From contig JAXLNO010002127.1 in the NCBI GenBank assembly GCA_038087875.1, forward strand, positions 310,001 to 374,000: 64,000 bases of DNA, given 5' to 3'. The DNA is from Malacoraja senta. Its lineage: Eukaryota. A program made the translations under genes and the position numbers. A model generated the notes under the pieces. That model made no database searches. It had not been told where the DNA came from and saw nothing but the letters and a program-made list of their open reading frames with translations. Of the stretch, positions 25,056 to 37,083 are shown one piece after another (within the stretch, counting starts at the first letter, position 1; each line of letters begins with the position of its first letter).

Positions 25056-25865
25056 AAGGTTGAAAGGTTCATTTATTGTCACATACACTAACTGGTGTAG
25101 TGAAATTCGAGTTGCCATTGCAGCACATTAATAAGAATACAATACAACATTGAAGAAGAATTTAACATTAAACATAAAAACATCCCCCCACAATGGTTCC
25201 CACTGTGGGGGAAGGCACAAAGTCCAGTCCCCATCCTCTTGTTCACCCATAGTCGGGCCTATTGAGGCCTCCGCAGTCGCCGCTACGGCGGCCCGATGTT
25301 TCAGGCCCTCTCGGCAGATGATGGAGCTCCGGCGTCGGGAGAACCCTCTCAACGGCTTGGAATACCTGGAACGGCCGCTTCTTTACCGGAGACCGCGGCT
25401 CCCGAAGCCAACAGGCCGCGCTGGTCGGAGCTCCAACACTGGCGATCTCGGCGAGAGATCCCAGGCTCCGCGGTGTTAAAGTCAGCGCCGCCGCCCGCGG
25501 CTGGCCGCTCCACAGACCCGCAGGTCCGTGATGTTCCATCGGCGGACTCAGCATTCCGGAGCTCCAGCACGGCGACCCGGGCAAGGCATCGCCCGCTCCG
25601 TGACGGTGATCCAGCGCTGTGCCGCCGCCGAAGCCGAGGTTCTGGCCGGTCCCGACAGGAAACGCCGCTCCAGTCCCGATGGTAGGCCCGGAGAAAAGCC
25701 GCATCTCCGACCAGGTAGGGACCGAGAAATACAGTTCCCCCCTTACCCACCCCCCACATAAAAAGAATAGACCTCCAAACAAAACACTTTTTAACATACT
25801 AAAAATTTAAAAAAGGATTGCAAGGACGGACAGCTGCAGGCAGGGCAGCCATACCCAACTGCCCA
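25056..25865 (-). mobile_element. About 810-bp CpG-rich non-coding retroelement with Rex/Babar-type tail, nested in an HE1 SINE
   Basis: The HE1 sequence stops at about 25055 and resumes at about 25866. Minus-strand 3' end ...atgtgacaataaatgaacc. Confidence 0.68.
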
Positions 25866-26804
25866 ACTATTTACACTAGGGTCAATTTGCAATTATACCA
25901 AGCCAATTAACCTACAAACCTGTTCGAGAGGGAGACAGATCAGTGAATTGAAGATAGACCATTCTGTAAGAATCGGAGTAAAATGGTTCAGATCATTTGG
26001 GAAATTAGATTGAAAACCTTTTCTTCCCCTGTAGTCAGGCTTGGCCAAGATCTGCTATCTCTGAATTCTATCCACAGACATTACATCGACAAATTCTTTG
26101 CTGTCAAATGCTACCGAGAGGCATGTTTTGTTCCAATTGTAGAGGTGAATCCCATCGGGTGGAAATGGTATATGTTTTTAGATTTGAATCAAATCGGCTT
26201 TCTTCCCTGTAAGAATTGGAAAAGATAATCTGGTGTCGCAGAAAATAGCTCATTTAAATGATGCTCTGAAGTCCCACAGTCTCCCTTTGGATAATTTCTT
26301 CTGGATTTCTGTAGTTCATCTACGCGCCTAATAATGTCTTTCTTCTTCCATTATTTAGTGCTTCATTCATTTTTAATTCATGCTAAACCATAAAGCAATC
26401 AAATATGTTGTTTGTTCTAAGCTTTTGGGGTAGCTTTGAAAAATGTACACCTTCTCTCCACTCCTCGCTGCTCAAAACGTTTAAGTACTAGAGAGGAGAC
26501 CAAGAGAACTGCAGGTGCTGGTTTACAAAAAGGCACAAAGTGCTGGAGTAACTCAGCAGGTCAGGCAGCATCTCTGGATAACATGGAGAGGTGATGTTTC
26601 GGGTCAGGACCATTCTCCGGTACTAAATTTTGGTGGAAGTATAAAACAGATGCTCACTTCAGTATCCTGATCAGCTTTTCCTAACAAAATCCATAGAGTG
26701 TATTAAACCGGCTGCCTTTAAAGATTTTTAAAATTATACTAGTACATTGGCATTATGTACTCATCTTCATGTTCGGCACAGACATTGTGGGCCAAAGGGT
26801 TTAT

Positions 26805-27062
26805 AATAGATAATAGATAACAATAGACAATAGGCGCAGGATTAGGCCATTCAGCCCTTCGAGCCAGCACCGCCATTCAATGTGATGATGACTAATCATC
26901 CCCAATCAGTACCCCGTTCCTGCATTTCCCCCAAATCCCCTGACTCCGCTATCTTTAAGAGCCCTATCTAGCTCTCTCTTGAAAGTATCCAGAGAACCGG
27001 CCTCCACTGCCCTCTGAGGCAGAGAATTCCTCAGACTCACAAGTCTCTGTGTGAAAAAGTTG
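26805..27062 (-). mobile_element. CR1 3' end
   Basis: Tail and 3' UTR as in 4684-5620. Confidence 0.85.
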
Positions 27063-27343
27063 AGAAAACTTTAAAAGTACAGAAATCTCTAAAGTCTAAA
27101 GCACAGGAACAAACCCTTTGACCCACCAAGTCCATGCTGACCAGCGCCCTCCAGGAGTATCCTACACACTAGGGACAATTTACAATTTTACTGAAGCCAA
27201 TTAACCTCGAAACCTGTACGTCTTTGGAGTGTGGGAGGAAACCGGAGCAGCGGGAGAAAACCCACACAGGTCACAGGGAGAACGTACAAACTACGTACAG
27301 ACATCACCCGTTGTCAGGATCGAACCCGGGTCTATGGTGCTGT

Positions 27344-27790
27344 CTTCTTCTTCTGTCGTGTGTCTTTTAGACCTGCAGCTCCGTTGAGGCGAGCCAGGCC
27401 AACGTGTCATCGTCCAGGTCAATCAGACCTCGTTCACCATTCGGTGGCCGGTGTTTGGGGCAACTGGTGACTATGTGCTCCACTGTCTGTGTTGGGTCCC
27501 CACACTCGCAGGAGGCACTCGCTGTCCACGAGGCCCCACCTCGCCATCGCTACTCCACAGCGTCCGATGCCTGTCCTCAAGCGGTTGAGGGTTGTCCACT
27601 GCTTTCGGGGGCAGGTCCTGGCCAGGGACGTCCATAGGGTCATCGATGTAATGGTGTAGCCTAGATGGTTCCGCTGACTTCCACTGGTCTCTCCATCTCG
27701 TCTTGACCCAGGCAGCCTTAGAAGCGTCAGCCGGTGTTGTGCAGAGCAGCTCTTGGGCTCGCGTGGCAAAGGGGCGCCGTGACTTGAGAG
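27344..27790 (-). mobile_element. Vingi/Ingi-type LINE 3' fragment nested in an HE1 SINE
   Basis: RKQWTTLNRLRTGIGR...CGDPTQTVEHIVTSCP, (gaa)n tail, TSD ctatggtgctgt / ctgtggtgctgt (27332-27343, 27791-27802). Confidence 0.78.
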
Positions 27791-28130
27791 CTGTGGTGCT
27801 GTGAGGCAGCAGCTCTACCGCGGCACCACTGTTCTAGGCTCTGTTCTATTCTTGAACACAGAAGGTAAGCACACACTTGTAACATTCATCCAAAGAATAG
27901 GCCGTGTTGCTTTGAAGGATATATTGCAGTTCCCTGTCCAACACGAGGGAATTGGTCACTCAAGTGTCACTGTACCTTACTTGGTGCATGTGACAATAAA
28001 TTTGAACTTGAACTTGAACTTTATCTCTCAGCGATGGCACACCTACTCCTGATGTCCGTCAGTAGTGAATGATGGACCAGGAGAGACTGGTGCAGTTGGT
28101 TTCGAAGATCTCCCAATGGGATATGCAATA

Positions 28131-28560
28131 TCTACACTGGAGTTTAGAAGGATGAGAGGGTATCTCATTGAAACATATAAGATTGTTAAGGGCTCGGACA
28201 CGCTAGAGGCAGGAAACATGTTCCCGATGTTGGGGGAATCCAGAACCAGGGGCCACAGTTTAAGAATAAGGAGTAAGCCATTTAGAACGGAGACGTGGAA
28301 ACACTTTTTCTCACAGAGAGTGGTGAGTCTGTGGAATTCTCTGCCTCAGAGGGCGGTGGAGGCAGGTTCTCTGGATGCTTTCAAGAGAGAGCTAGATAGG
28401 GCTCTTAAAAATAGCGGAGTCAGGTGATATGGGGAGAAGGCAGGAACGGGGTACTGATTGGGGATGATCAGCCATGATCACATTGAATGGCGGTGCTGGC
28501 CGTAAGGGTCAAATGGCCTACTCCTGCACCTATTGTCCATTGTCTATTGTCTATTGTCTA
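28131..28560 (+). mobile_element. CR1 3' fragment
   Basis: TLEFRRMRGYLIETYKIVKG...QRVVSLWNSLP and a (ctattgt)n tail. Confidence 0.9.
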
Positions 28561-30165
28561 CACAGAATGCGAGGTTCTGCCATCTCAGTTACACCCACAC
28601 ATAATTCTCCCTTGATGGTGAGAAACTCCAAATACCCACCCGTGAATTAAGGTTGATCTTCTCAATTTTAGTGACGCACGAGGAATTTTAATTTGAGCAA
28701 CATGTGCCAGACACCTCTCTACACTCTATAAATGCTGGCAAGCATCGCTACAGGTATGGCCACTCTCCTGTGGACATCCTCCCTGGGAATGTTTTCAACT
28801 CCTGATGAATTCCAAAGGAGTCCCTTCAAGTTGGCCCACGCTAAAGAACTCACTGCAAGATTCATGAACATCTTGGCTTTCGCTAAAAATATCCTCACGC
28901 TCCAGGGATATCGTTGAGTACTAACGTGCTCCAGGGACTTCGCACAAGAAGTTATAATGATACAATCCAGACACCAGATACCTCATGATTCTCTTGGGAC
29001 AGGGAATCAAAGATCCCCTCAAGTACACGTCCCAGAATGTTTCATTGTGATGGGAGTTTCTGTCTCTGCCACCTTTTCAGCTCAGTGCTGCATTCCAAAC
29101 TCACATTACCCACTGGGTGAAATCATTCCCTTTCATCCTCCTTCTAATTCTTCCAATTTTTGAGCCAATCACTCAGAGAAATGTCTCCTCCTGATTCACT
29201 CCATCCATTCCCCGCGACATTTTATACGCCTCGACAAAGTCTCCTCTCAGTCTGCCTTGTTCCAAGTTTATCCAGTTGCTTCTCACTCATTTGCACACAT
29301 CCACCACATCCACACATGTACACACATTCAACACCGACACACATGTACACCCTCTCCGCACATTTACACGCACCCTCTGCTGTGAGGTAGCAACTCTACC
29401 GCTATGCCACGATGCCAATTCAATAAATTAATAACCGTATTACTCATGCAAAAAAACCCAAAGTCTTTGGTGCAACCAAAAATATCCCATGTGTTTTGGC
29501 TGTATTTTCAACTTTTTGACGGGATGTTGGCATGACAGGCAATGCTCCACTTGCTGTCTATCTGTGATTCCCTCTGAACCAAGAGGCAGTTAAAGAGTCA
29601 ACCATGTTGGCCTAGAGTCACTGTGAGACGGGCCAGAGAAGGAAGGCCGTTCGGCACCGTGAAGGAAGTTTGTGAACCAGATGCATTTTGTTTTATGACA
29701 TCTGGGGGGGGTGGGACTGAGGATAGAGCGTGGTGATTGGAGGAGGGAGATGTGGCACAGACCTGCACCTCATCCGCAGGCAGGATCGATCCCGGCCGGG
29801 TCTCCGGCGCTGTCCCGAGTGCCCCCCCCCCCCCCATGTGTGGCCAGAGAGGTCGGGAGACAGACGCGAGCTGTACCCCCAGGCCCACAGCCAGCGCAGA
29901 GAAACAGTGCTAAACCCAGCTCAACTCTGCCTGTCCTGCCTGGGCTTGCGGGAAATATGGCCAGCGTGGAGAAGCAACGCTAGTGTCCCGTCAGTCCAGA
30001 CAGGGCTGTAGTTAACCCGGCGAGACAGGCAGAGTTGAGCTGCATTTAGCGCTGGATTGAGCCTCCGAAGCCTCGCGCGTGTGTGTGTGAGTGTGCGCAG
30101 GCGCGCGCAGCCGCCAAAAAATTGTGTCCCCCGTCCCTTCCATGTTTTGATAGCGAGTTCCGCTC

Positions 30166-30480
30166 TTGGGAGGTACAGAAGTGTGCAAACGCACACCTCC
30201 AGATTCAGGGACAGTTTCTTCCCGGCTGTCATCAGGCAACTGAACTATCCCATCACCGACTAGAGAGCAGTCCTGACCTACCATCTGCCTCATTGGAGAC
30301 CCTTGGACTATCTTTAATCGGACTTTACTGGACTTTATCTTAGACTAAACATTATTCCCTTTATTCTGTAACTGTGCACTGTGGACAGTTCGGTTGTAAT
30401 CATGCATAGTCTTTCCACTGACTGGATAGCACACAACAAAAAGCTTTTCACAGTACCTCGTTACATGTGACAATAAATGA
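30166..30480 (+). mobile_element. Rex1/Babar 3' fragment
   Basis: GRYRSVQTHTSRFRDSFFPAVIRQLN, then a 3' UTR ending gtgacaataaa. The same UTR recurs at about 22922-23138 and 47970-48135. Confidence 0.8.
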
Positions 30481-30521
30481 TACTACACCCACTCAACCGC
30501 CTCTCTCCCTCTATGTTGTAG

Positions 30522-30592
30522 GTGGATGAATCGGCTGGGCCTGGCTGCTATTGGGTACGCTCCCGATGATAAGGTGACCAGACCCGACGAAG
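30522..30592 (+). CDS. CNKSR2: CNKSR2-like exon, end of PH domain (R)WMNRLGLAAIGYAPDDKVTRPDE(D)
   Basis: ctatgttgtag|GTGG...GAAG|gtgagc. 71 nt, phase 2/1. Contains the conserved Trp of the PH C-terminal helix. Confidence 0.88.
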
Positions 30593-32649
30593 GTGAGCTG
30601 AAGCTTTTAAAGCCATTTTTTAAATGTCCTGCTCAATGAGGATGCTTTCTATTGGGAGCTGGGAGGGGGGGGGGGGGGAACTCCTACTAATACTTCATTT
30701 AGAACTGGTAGCTCTCGATCAACAAGATGGGTCCAATGTTGGCTCGGAACCAGAACAGACGCAGTCAGGAGCACACAGGGGAATGTCCATCGATGCCCTA
30801 CTGGGAGGGTACGATACAGATGCATTAGACACGTTATACACATACGGAAACATGGAACTGAAAACAAAAAACTCAGCGAGTCAGGCAGCATCTCTGGAGG
30901 TGACGTTTTGGGTCAGGACTCTTGTTCAGACCCAGAACGTCACATATCCGTGTTCTCTGGAGATAAACACACATACATCGATGGATATCCTTGATATTTT
31001 ATTATCCTTGGTATAGATAGGGTGGACAATCAGAACCTTTTTCCCCAGGGTGGAAATACCAAAGACTGGAGGACTTAACTTTCAGATGAAAAGAGAAAAG
31101 TTTAAAAGAGATGTGCAGGAGCAAGTTGTTTTGTACACAGAGGGTGGTGAGTGCCTGGAACACACTGCTTGGTGGAGGCAGATATGATAGTGGTGTTTGA
31201 GATGCTTTAAGATGGGCACATGGATGTGCAGGAAATGGAGGGATATGGATCACGTGCAGGCAGATAAGATTAGATCAGCTCAACATCATGTCTCCCACAG
31301 ACATTGTGAGCAAAAGGACCTTTTCAGTTGCTGTAACATCCCATGTTTGATATTCTTATTATTGCTTTGGGAGAAACTATGTTCTTGCGCTTGTGTTTGT
31401 TTGACTATTATTTATACTAATCAGATAAAGAGGTTCAGAAGTCTTTAACTGTTGCTTTATATTATCAGACACAAATGGTCTAATGAGAAGTTTATAATTT
31501 TAAACTGGATTTATCAGTTGAAACATTTACCCAGCACAAACCCACATTATTCAAGTTTCTATTGAGGGATTCACAAGAGGTTAACATTGAGGGGGGCCGG
31601 TCAGTGTGGCCATATCCCTGTGAGAAGATCACTTGGTATTTATACTTGGCCTTGTGGTTTGGATTGTGTTCACCACCCACTCCCTACCCTCAACCTCCCA
31701 ACACAGAGTGGGAAAGACGAGATGTGTAGGAAGGAACTGCAGATGCTGGTTTAAACCGAAGATAGACACAAAATGCTAGAGTAACTCAGCGGGGCAGGCA
31801 GCATCTCAGGGCATGCGGGTGGTTACAGTCAGATCATGGTCCACCAATGAGAAGCCCATTATCAGTTGGTCGAATCGCGGGGTTGAATGCAATATCAAAG
31901 CATAAAGTGCAGATGTTTCCACTAGTGGGAGAGTCCTGGACCAGAGGACACAGCCTCAGAATAAAAGGACGTACCTTTAGAATGCAGATGAGGAGGGGGT
32001 TTTCTACCAGAGGGTGGTGAATCTGTGGAATTTTGCGACAGACAGCTGTGGAGGCCAAGTTATTGGGTATTGTTAAAGTGGAGATTGATAAGCTTTTGAT
32101 TGGAAAAGGCATTAAAAGTTACAGGGAGAAGGCAGGAGAATGGGGTTGAGAGGGGAAAATGGATCAGCCATGATTGAATGGCGGAGTTGACTTGATGGGC
32201 CGAATGGATTAATTCTACTATTTATTATGATATGATGTTGAATAGTTCGACAACCACTGAGGAAACAATAACACAGAAAATGTTAACAGTTCATCTTTAG
32301 TTTTCTTTGCAAACCTTTTCTTTAATTTAAAACCAGCACATCGGGCATGGGTAAATATGAGTTCTGGACCAGGGGCAAAGCTTGACTTAACGCATGAAGA
32401 GTTATATAACTCACACCAGCACAAGCAGGCAGCCACAACGCCACGAGCAACATATCTAGAGGAGATTGCTTGGCTGAATGTAAAGGCCAACTGAACTTAG
32501 TTATAACTGTGTGGGCAGAACACTCGCTCACCATTTCATTGTTAGTCAGTTCCCAGGGCTGGCTGGTGCTCCCCAAGCTGCGGACTTTGTCTATCATTCT
32601 CGGGAAATGGACTTTGCTGGCAGATTCAACATTTATTGTCCATCCCTAA

Positions 32650-32980
32650 AGGGCCTGTCCCACTTACGCGACTTTTCCGGCGACTGCCAGCACCCGTCAT
32701 AGGTCGTTACAGGTCGTTGAAAATGTTCAACATGTTGAAAATCCAGCGGCGACCAGAACAAGGTACGACTCTTTGGGCGACCACTCACGACCGTACAGGC
32801 TTCACCCCCGCGACATGTCGTCAGGGTGTCACCTGTATGGTCGTGAGTCGTCTCCTAGTCACCCAAAGAGTCGTAGCGTCTTTCTGGTCGCCGCTGAATT
32901 TTCAACATGTTGAACATTTTCGGCGATCTATGATGGTTGCTGGCAGTTGCCGAAAAAGTCGTGTAAGTGGGACAGGCCCT
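32650..32980. mobile_element. PIF/Harbinger-like MITE, TSD TAA
   Basis: taa|agggcctgtcccacttac...gtaagtgggacaggccct|taa, with long inverted arms. Confidence 0.85.
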
Positions 32981-33924
32981 TAACGATCCCAGACTAAGTC
33001 TCACGCACATTGTCAGGCCAGCTCTTTTAAATCTCCATAAGGTCATAGGATGTAATGATTAGATTGTACCTGCCCCAAATAACTCTTCTGGCAGCTCATC
33101 CCGTAGGGTGATGGAGTCTAACCGTACAGAAAAACTCGTCCATGTCAACCAAGATTCCCCATCTACGCTAGTCCCATTTGCCCATGTCTGGCCCATATCC
33201 TGCCAAATCTTTTAGACAATAGACAATAAACAATAGGTGCAGCATTAGGCCATTTGGCCCTTCGAGCCAGCATCGCCATTCAATGTGATCATGGCTGATC
33301 ATCCCCAATCAGTACCCTGTTCCTGCCTTCTCCCCATATCCCCTGACTCCGCTATTTTTAAGAGCCCTATCTAGCTCTCTCTTGAAAGCATCCAGAGAAC
33401 CTGCCTCCACCACCCACTTTTATATGTATGTACCTGTCCAAGTGTCTTTCAAATGTTGCTATACCCACCCCCCTTTGTGTGAAAAGTTGCTCGTCAGATT
33501 CCTGTTAATTTTCCCCCCTCTCACCTTAAAGGTATGCCCTCTAGTCCATGATTCACCAACCTCAAGGAAGACTGTGTGTATTCACCGTATCTGTACACTT
33601 CGCCATCTTGTACACCTCTACAGAATCATGCTCCAAGCAAACAAACCTTAGCCTGCCCGGCCTCTTCCTATCTGAAGATGCAAGGAACTGCAGGTGCTGG
33701 TTTACGCAAAAGGAGACAAAGTGCTGGAGCAACTCAGCGTTGTCAGGCAGCACCTCTTGAGAACATGGACAGGTGACGGTTCGGGACTGAAGAAGGGTCC
33801 CGACCCAAAACGTCAACCACCCATGTTCTCCAGAGATGTTGCCTGAGCCACTGAGTTACTCCAGCACTTTGTGTCCCCTCCCTATTTGTATTTGTAAAAG
33901 TGTGGTGTTTTTATTCCACTTTAG

Positions 33925-34025
33925 ACTACTGGAGTGAGAGTGACCAAGAGGACGTGAATGACTCCTTGACGGTGAAGGCAGAAGGCCCGTCAACCGTGTG
34001 TGACACCTACCCCCGAACCCCTTCA
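33925..34025 (+). CDS. CNKSR2: CNKSR2-like exon (D)YWSESDQEDVNDSLTVKAEGPSTVCDTYPRTPS
   Basis: ccactttag|AC...TCA|gtaagt. 101 nt, phase 1/0. Has the DYWSESD and DTYPR motifs of CNKSR2. Confidence 0.9.
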
Positions 34026-34224
34026 GTAAGTCTCGGACTGCAGTGCCCTTCATTAGTAGCAGCAAACATCTTGCACACTCACACATTGTTCAGCGGCTCA
34101 GCACGGGAATGGCCACAGGGATTAGTCTTGGACTCGGGGTTTGATTGCCTCATTTTCTGACAGATGGGAGTGTCAGGTAAAGGTTGGAATACGTTGAAAA
34201 CAGAGCGATCATCTTTCATTAATA

Positions 34225-34370
34225 GGTAGACAAAAATGCTGGAGAAACTCAGCGGGACCCGAAACGTCGCCTATTCCTCCGCTCCATAGATGCTGCCTCA
34301 CCCGCTGAGTTTCTCCAGCATTTTTGTTTACCTTCGATTTTTCCAGCATCTGCAGTCCTTTCTTCAACCA
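34225..34370 (+). mobile_element. Palindromic Penelope-derived mini-element
   Basis: TSD ttcattaata at 34215-34224 and 34371-34380. The 5' piece is inverted. Confidence 0.78.
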
Positions 34371-34879
34371 TTCATTAATATGTGTAGACAACTGCAAATG
34401 AAGGAGGGGGGGGGGGGAGGCACGCTCTCGAGGGCAGATACTTGGATCGGGATGGACGTAGAGTTAATATTTGGATGGAAACAGGCCCTTCAGCCCACCG
34501 AGTCCATGCTGACCATCGATCACCCAGTTCACACTAGTTCTACGTTATCCCACTTTCTCATCCACTCCCTGCACATTAGAGACAATTTACAGAGGGCCGA
34601 TTAACCTACAAACCCGCACGTCTTTGGGATGAGGGAGGAAACCGGAGCACCCGGAGGAAACCCACGTGGTCACAGAGGGAGCGTGCAAATCCCACACAGA
34701 CCTCACCCGGGTCTCTGGCACTGTGTGGCAGTGGCTCTACCAGTTGCGCCACTGTGCCGGCCTTCTTTAGATATGGGCCAGGTGAGACAGGTGGGACTGG
34801 TGTAGATGGGGAATCTTGGCTGGCGTGGTCAAGTTGGGCTGAAGGGCTTCTTTCCCTGCTGTATGACCCTGATGACCAT

Positions 34880-35300
34880 GACTCTACATCGGTGAGACCA
34901 AGCGCAGGCTTGGCGATCCCTTCGCCCAACACTGGTTCGCATTAACCAGCCTGATCTCCCGGTGGCCCAGCACTTCAACTCCCCCTCCCATTCCGAATCC
35001 GACCTTTCTGTCCTGGGCCTCCTCCATGGCCTTAGTGAGTCCCCCTGCAAATTGGAGGAGCAGCACCTCATATTTCGCTTGGGTAGTTTACACCCCAGCG
35101 GTATGAACATTGACTTCTCCAATTTCAGGTAGACCTTGCTTTCTCCCTCCATCCCCTCCCCTTCCCAGCTCTCCCACAGCCCACTGTCTCCGCCTCTTCC
35201 TTTCTTCTTCCACCCCCACATCAGTCTGAAGAAGGGTCTTGACCCAAAACGCTCCATAGTTGCTTCACCCGCTGAGTTTCTCCAGCATTTTTATCTACCT
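34880..35300 (+). mobile_element. Penelope-like element 3' fragment with the YIG motif of the GIY-YIG endonuclease
   Basis: LYIGETKRRLGDPFAQH/..VRINQPDLPVAQHFNSPSHSESDLSVLGLLH...KLEEQHLIFRLGSLHPSGMNIDFSNFR*, followed by ctgaagaagggtcttgaccc. Confidence 0.85.
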
Positions 35301-35383
35301 ATGACTCTACGAAATGGAGGTGAGATAAGGATTGTTGTCATTATTATGTTTGGCGGTAACCGCTTCTGCTTACTTCCCTACAG

Positions 35384-35909
35384 GTGAATTCTTCCAGTCC
35401 CTTCCCTGAGCCGAAGCACGGGCGCCACTTCTCGAGCGAGTCCACGTACTCGCACTCGTCCGCGGAGGACTCGCGACACGAGGCGTCGGGGAGCACGCAC
35501 TCGTCCGGCTGCCGGTCCTCGTACAGGGAGCGGCGCTCGTGGCAGGACCTGATCGAGACACCGCTGACCAGCTCAGGCCTACACTTCCTGCAGACCATCC
35601 CGCTGGAGATGGAGTACGCCCCCGGCCGCACGGGGCCCATGTCGCCCGAGAGGAGGCGGCAGGCCACCCTGCCCGTCCAGAGGCACCACCACCACGACCG
35701 CGACGGGCCCTTCCCCCTGGTGGAGTGCGAGCGGGGGCACAACAGCACGCACGCCAGAGTCTGCAAGCAGCGCAGCCAAAGCCTACCGAGGAACCGCGAG
35801 GCCAGGATCAAAGCGCACGTGCTGCCTCCCGGGCTGGCGGAGGAGAGGTCGGAGGATGACGAGATCCAGGGCATCAAGCAAAATGGCGGCGGCAGCAGCA
35901 GCAGGCAAG
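35384..35909 (+). CDS. CNKSR2: CNKSR2-like large exon VNSSSPFPEPKH...RRSWQDLIETPLTSSGLHFLQTIPLE...GGGSSSRQ
   Basis: ttccctacag|GTG...CAAG|gtcagt. 526 nt, phase 0/1. RRSWQDLIETPLTSSGLH is characteristic of CNKSR2. Confidence 0.92.
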
Positions 35910-37083
35910 GTCAGTGCTGGCTGGCTACATCCCTCTGTGTGTGTACAGTGAGTGATTGGGCAGCACTCAGTGTGACTGCGGTCCACTTCATTTGTCCTCT
36001 CGCATTTCACATTCTCTGTACATCACAAAAGGCTTCGTAGCCAACAAAATTGGTTTTGTACCAAACAGCAAGCTGCTGGGGGAACTCACGTGGAGGCAGA
36101 TGGGGGTGGTCAAACTCTGTGAGCTGAGAATGAGCAGGGAGCTGAGGGCAAGTAAGAATTTCATTGTTCTGGTTCTGGCAATAAAACACTCTTGACTCCT
36201 GAGTGCCATAGGTTCATAAGCTACAGCAGCAGAATTAGGCCATTCGGCCCATCGTCTGCGCCGCCATCCAATCATGGCTGATCTATCTTTTCCCCCTCAA
36301 CCCCATTCTCCTGCCTTCTCCCCATAACCCCTGACACCCGCACTAATCATAAATCTGTCAATCCGCGCCTGGTAAAATATTCATTGGCGTTTGTCGGACA
36401 ATGTAGAGGAGGCCACATGGAGAGGACCAATTGCAACAGACAAGGTTGGAGGAGGAGCACGTGCATCTCTGTCATAGAAACATAGAAAATAGGTGCAGGA
36501 GGAGGCCATTCGACCCTTCGAGCCAGCACCCGCCATTCATTGTGATGGGCGTACCAGGATGGGCTGTTTGGGTCAGCCACATTGGGAATATTGCGAGTAG
36601 TTCCGGTCGCCCCATTACAGGGAAGATTTGGAGGCTTCGGAAATGGTGTAGAGGAGGTTTACCAGAATACTGCATGGATTAGAGGGCATTAGCAGCAGGA
36701 CAGACTTGGATTGTTTCTTCTGGAACACAGGAAGTTGAGGGGAGACCGGATAGAAGTATATAAAGTTATGAGAAGCATAGATAGCGTGGACAGCCGATCT
36801 GGCTGTAATGTCACTTTCGGGGATCAATGTACCTGCTCTCCTTGATCCCTCTCCTCTGCAACACCCCCCTACCATTTAGTTGAGTTTAGTTTATTGTCAC
36901 GTGATACAGAGGTGCAGTGTAAAGCTTTTGTTGCGTGCTAACCAGACAATGGAAGGACGATACATGTTTACAATCGAGCCATCCACAGATATATGATCAG
37001 GGAATAACGTGAATAACGTCTGATGCAAGGTAAAGCCTGTGAAGACACTGCGAATGTCCTGCCAACATCTACACTCAGTAAGA

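Noticed and set aside
25128-25810. Cluster of overlapping 74-184 aa ORFs as a nested gene
   Set aside because: GC-rich repeat body with few stop codons in any frame, no recognisable domain, and nested in a SINE.
35344-35877. 177-aa antisense ORF
   Set aside because: Shadow of the GC-rich coding exon on the opposite strand.
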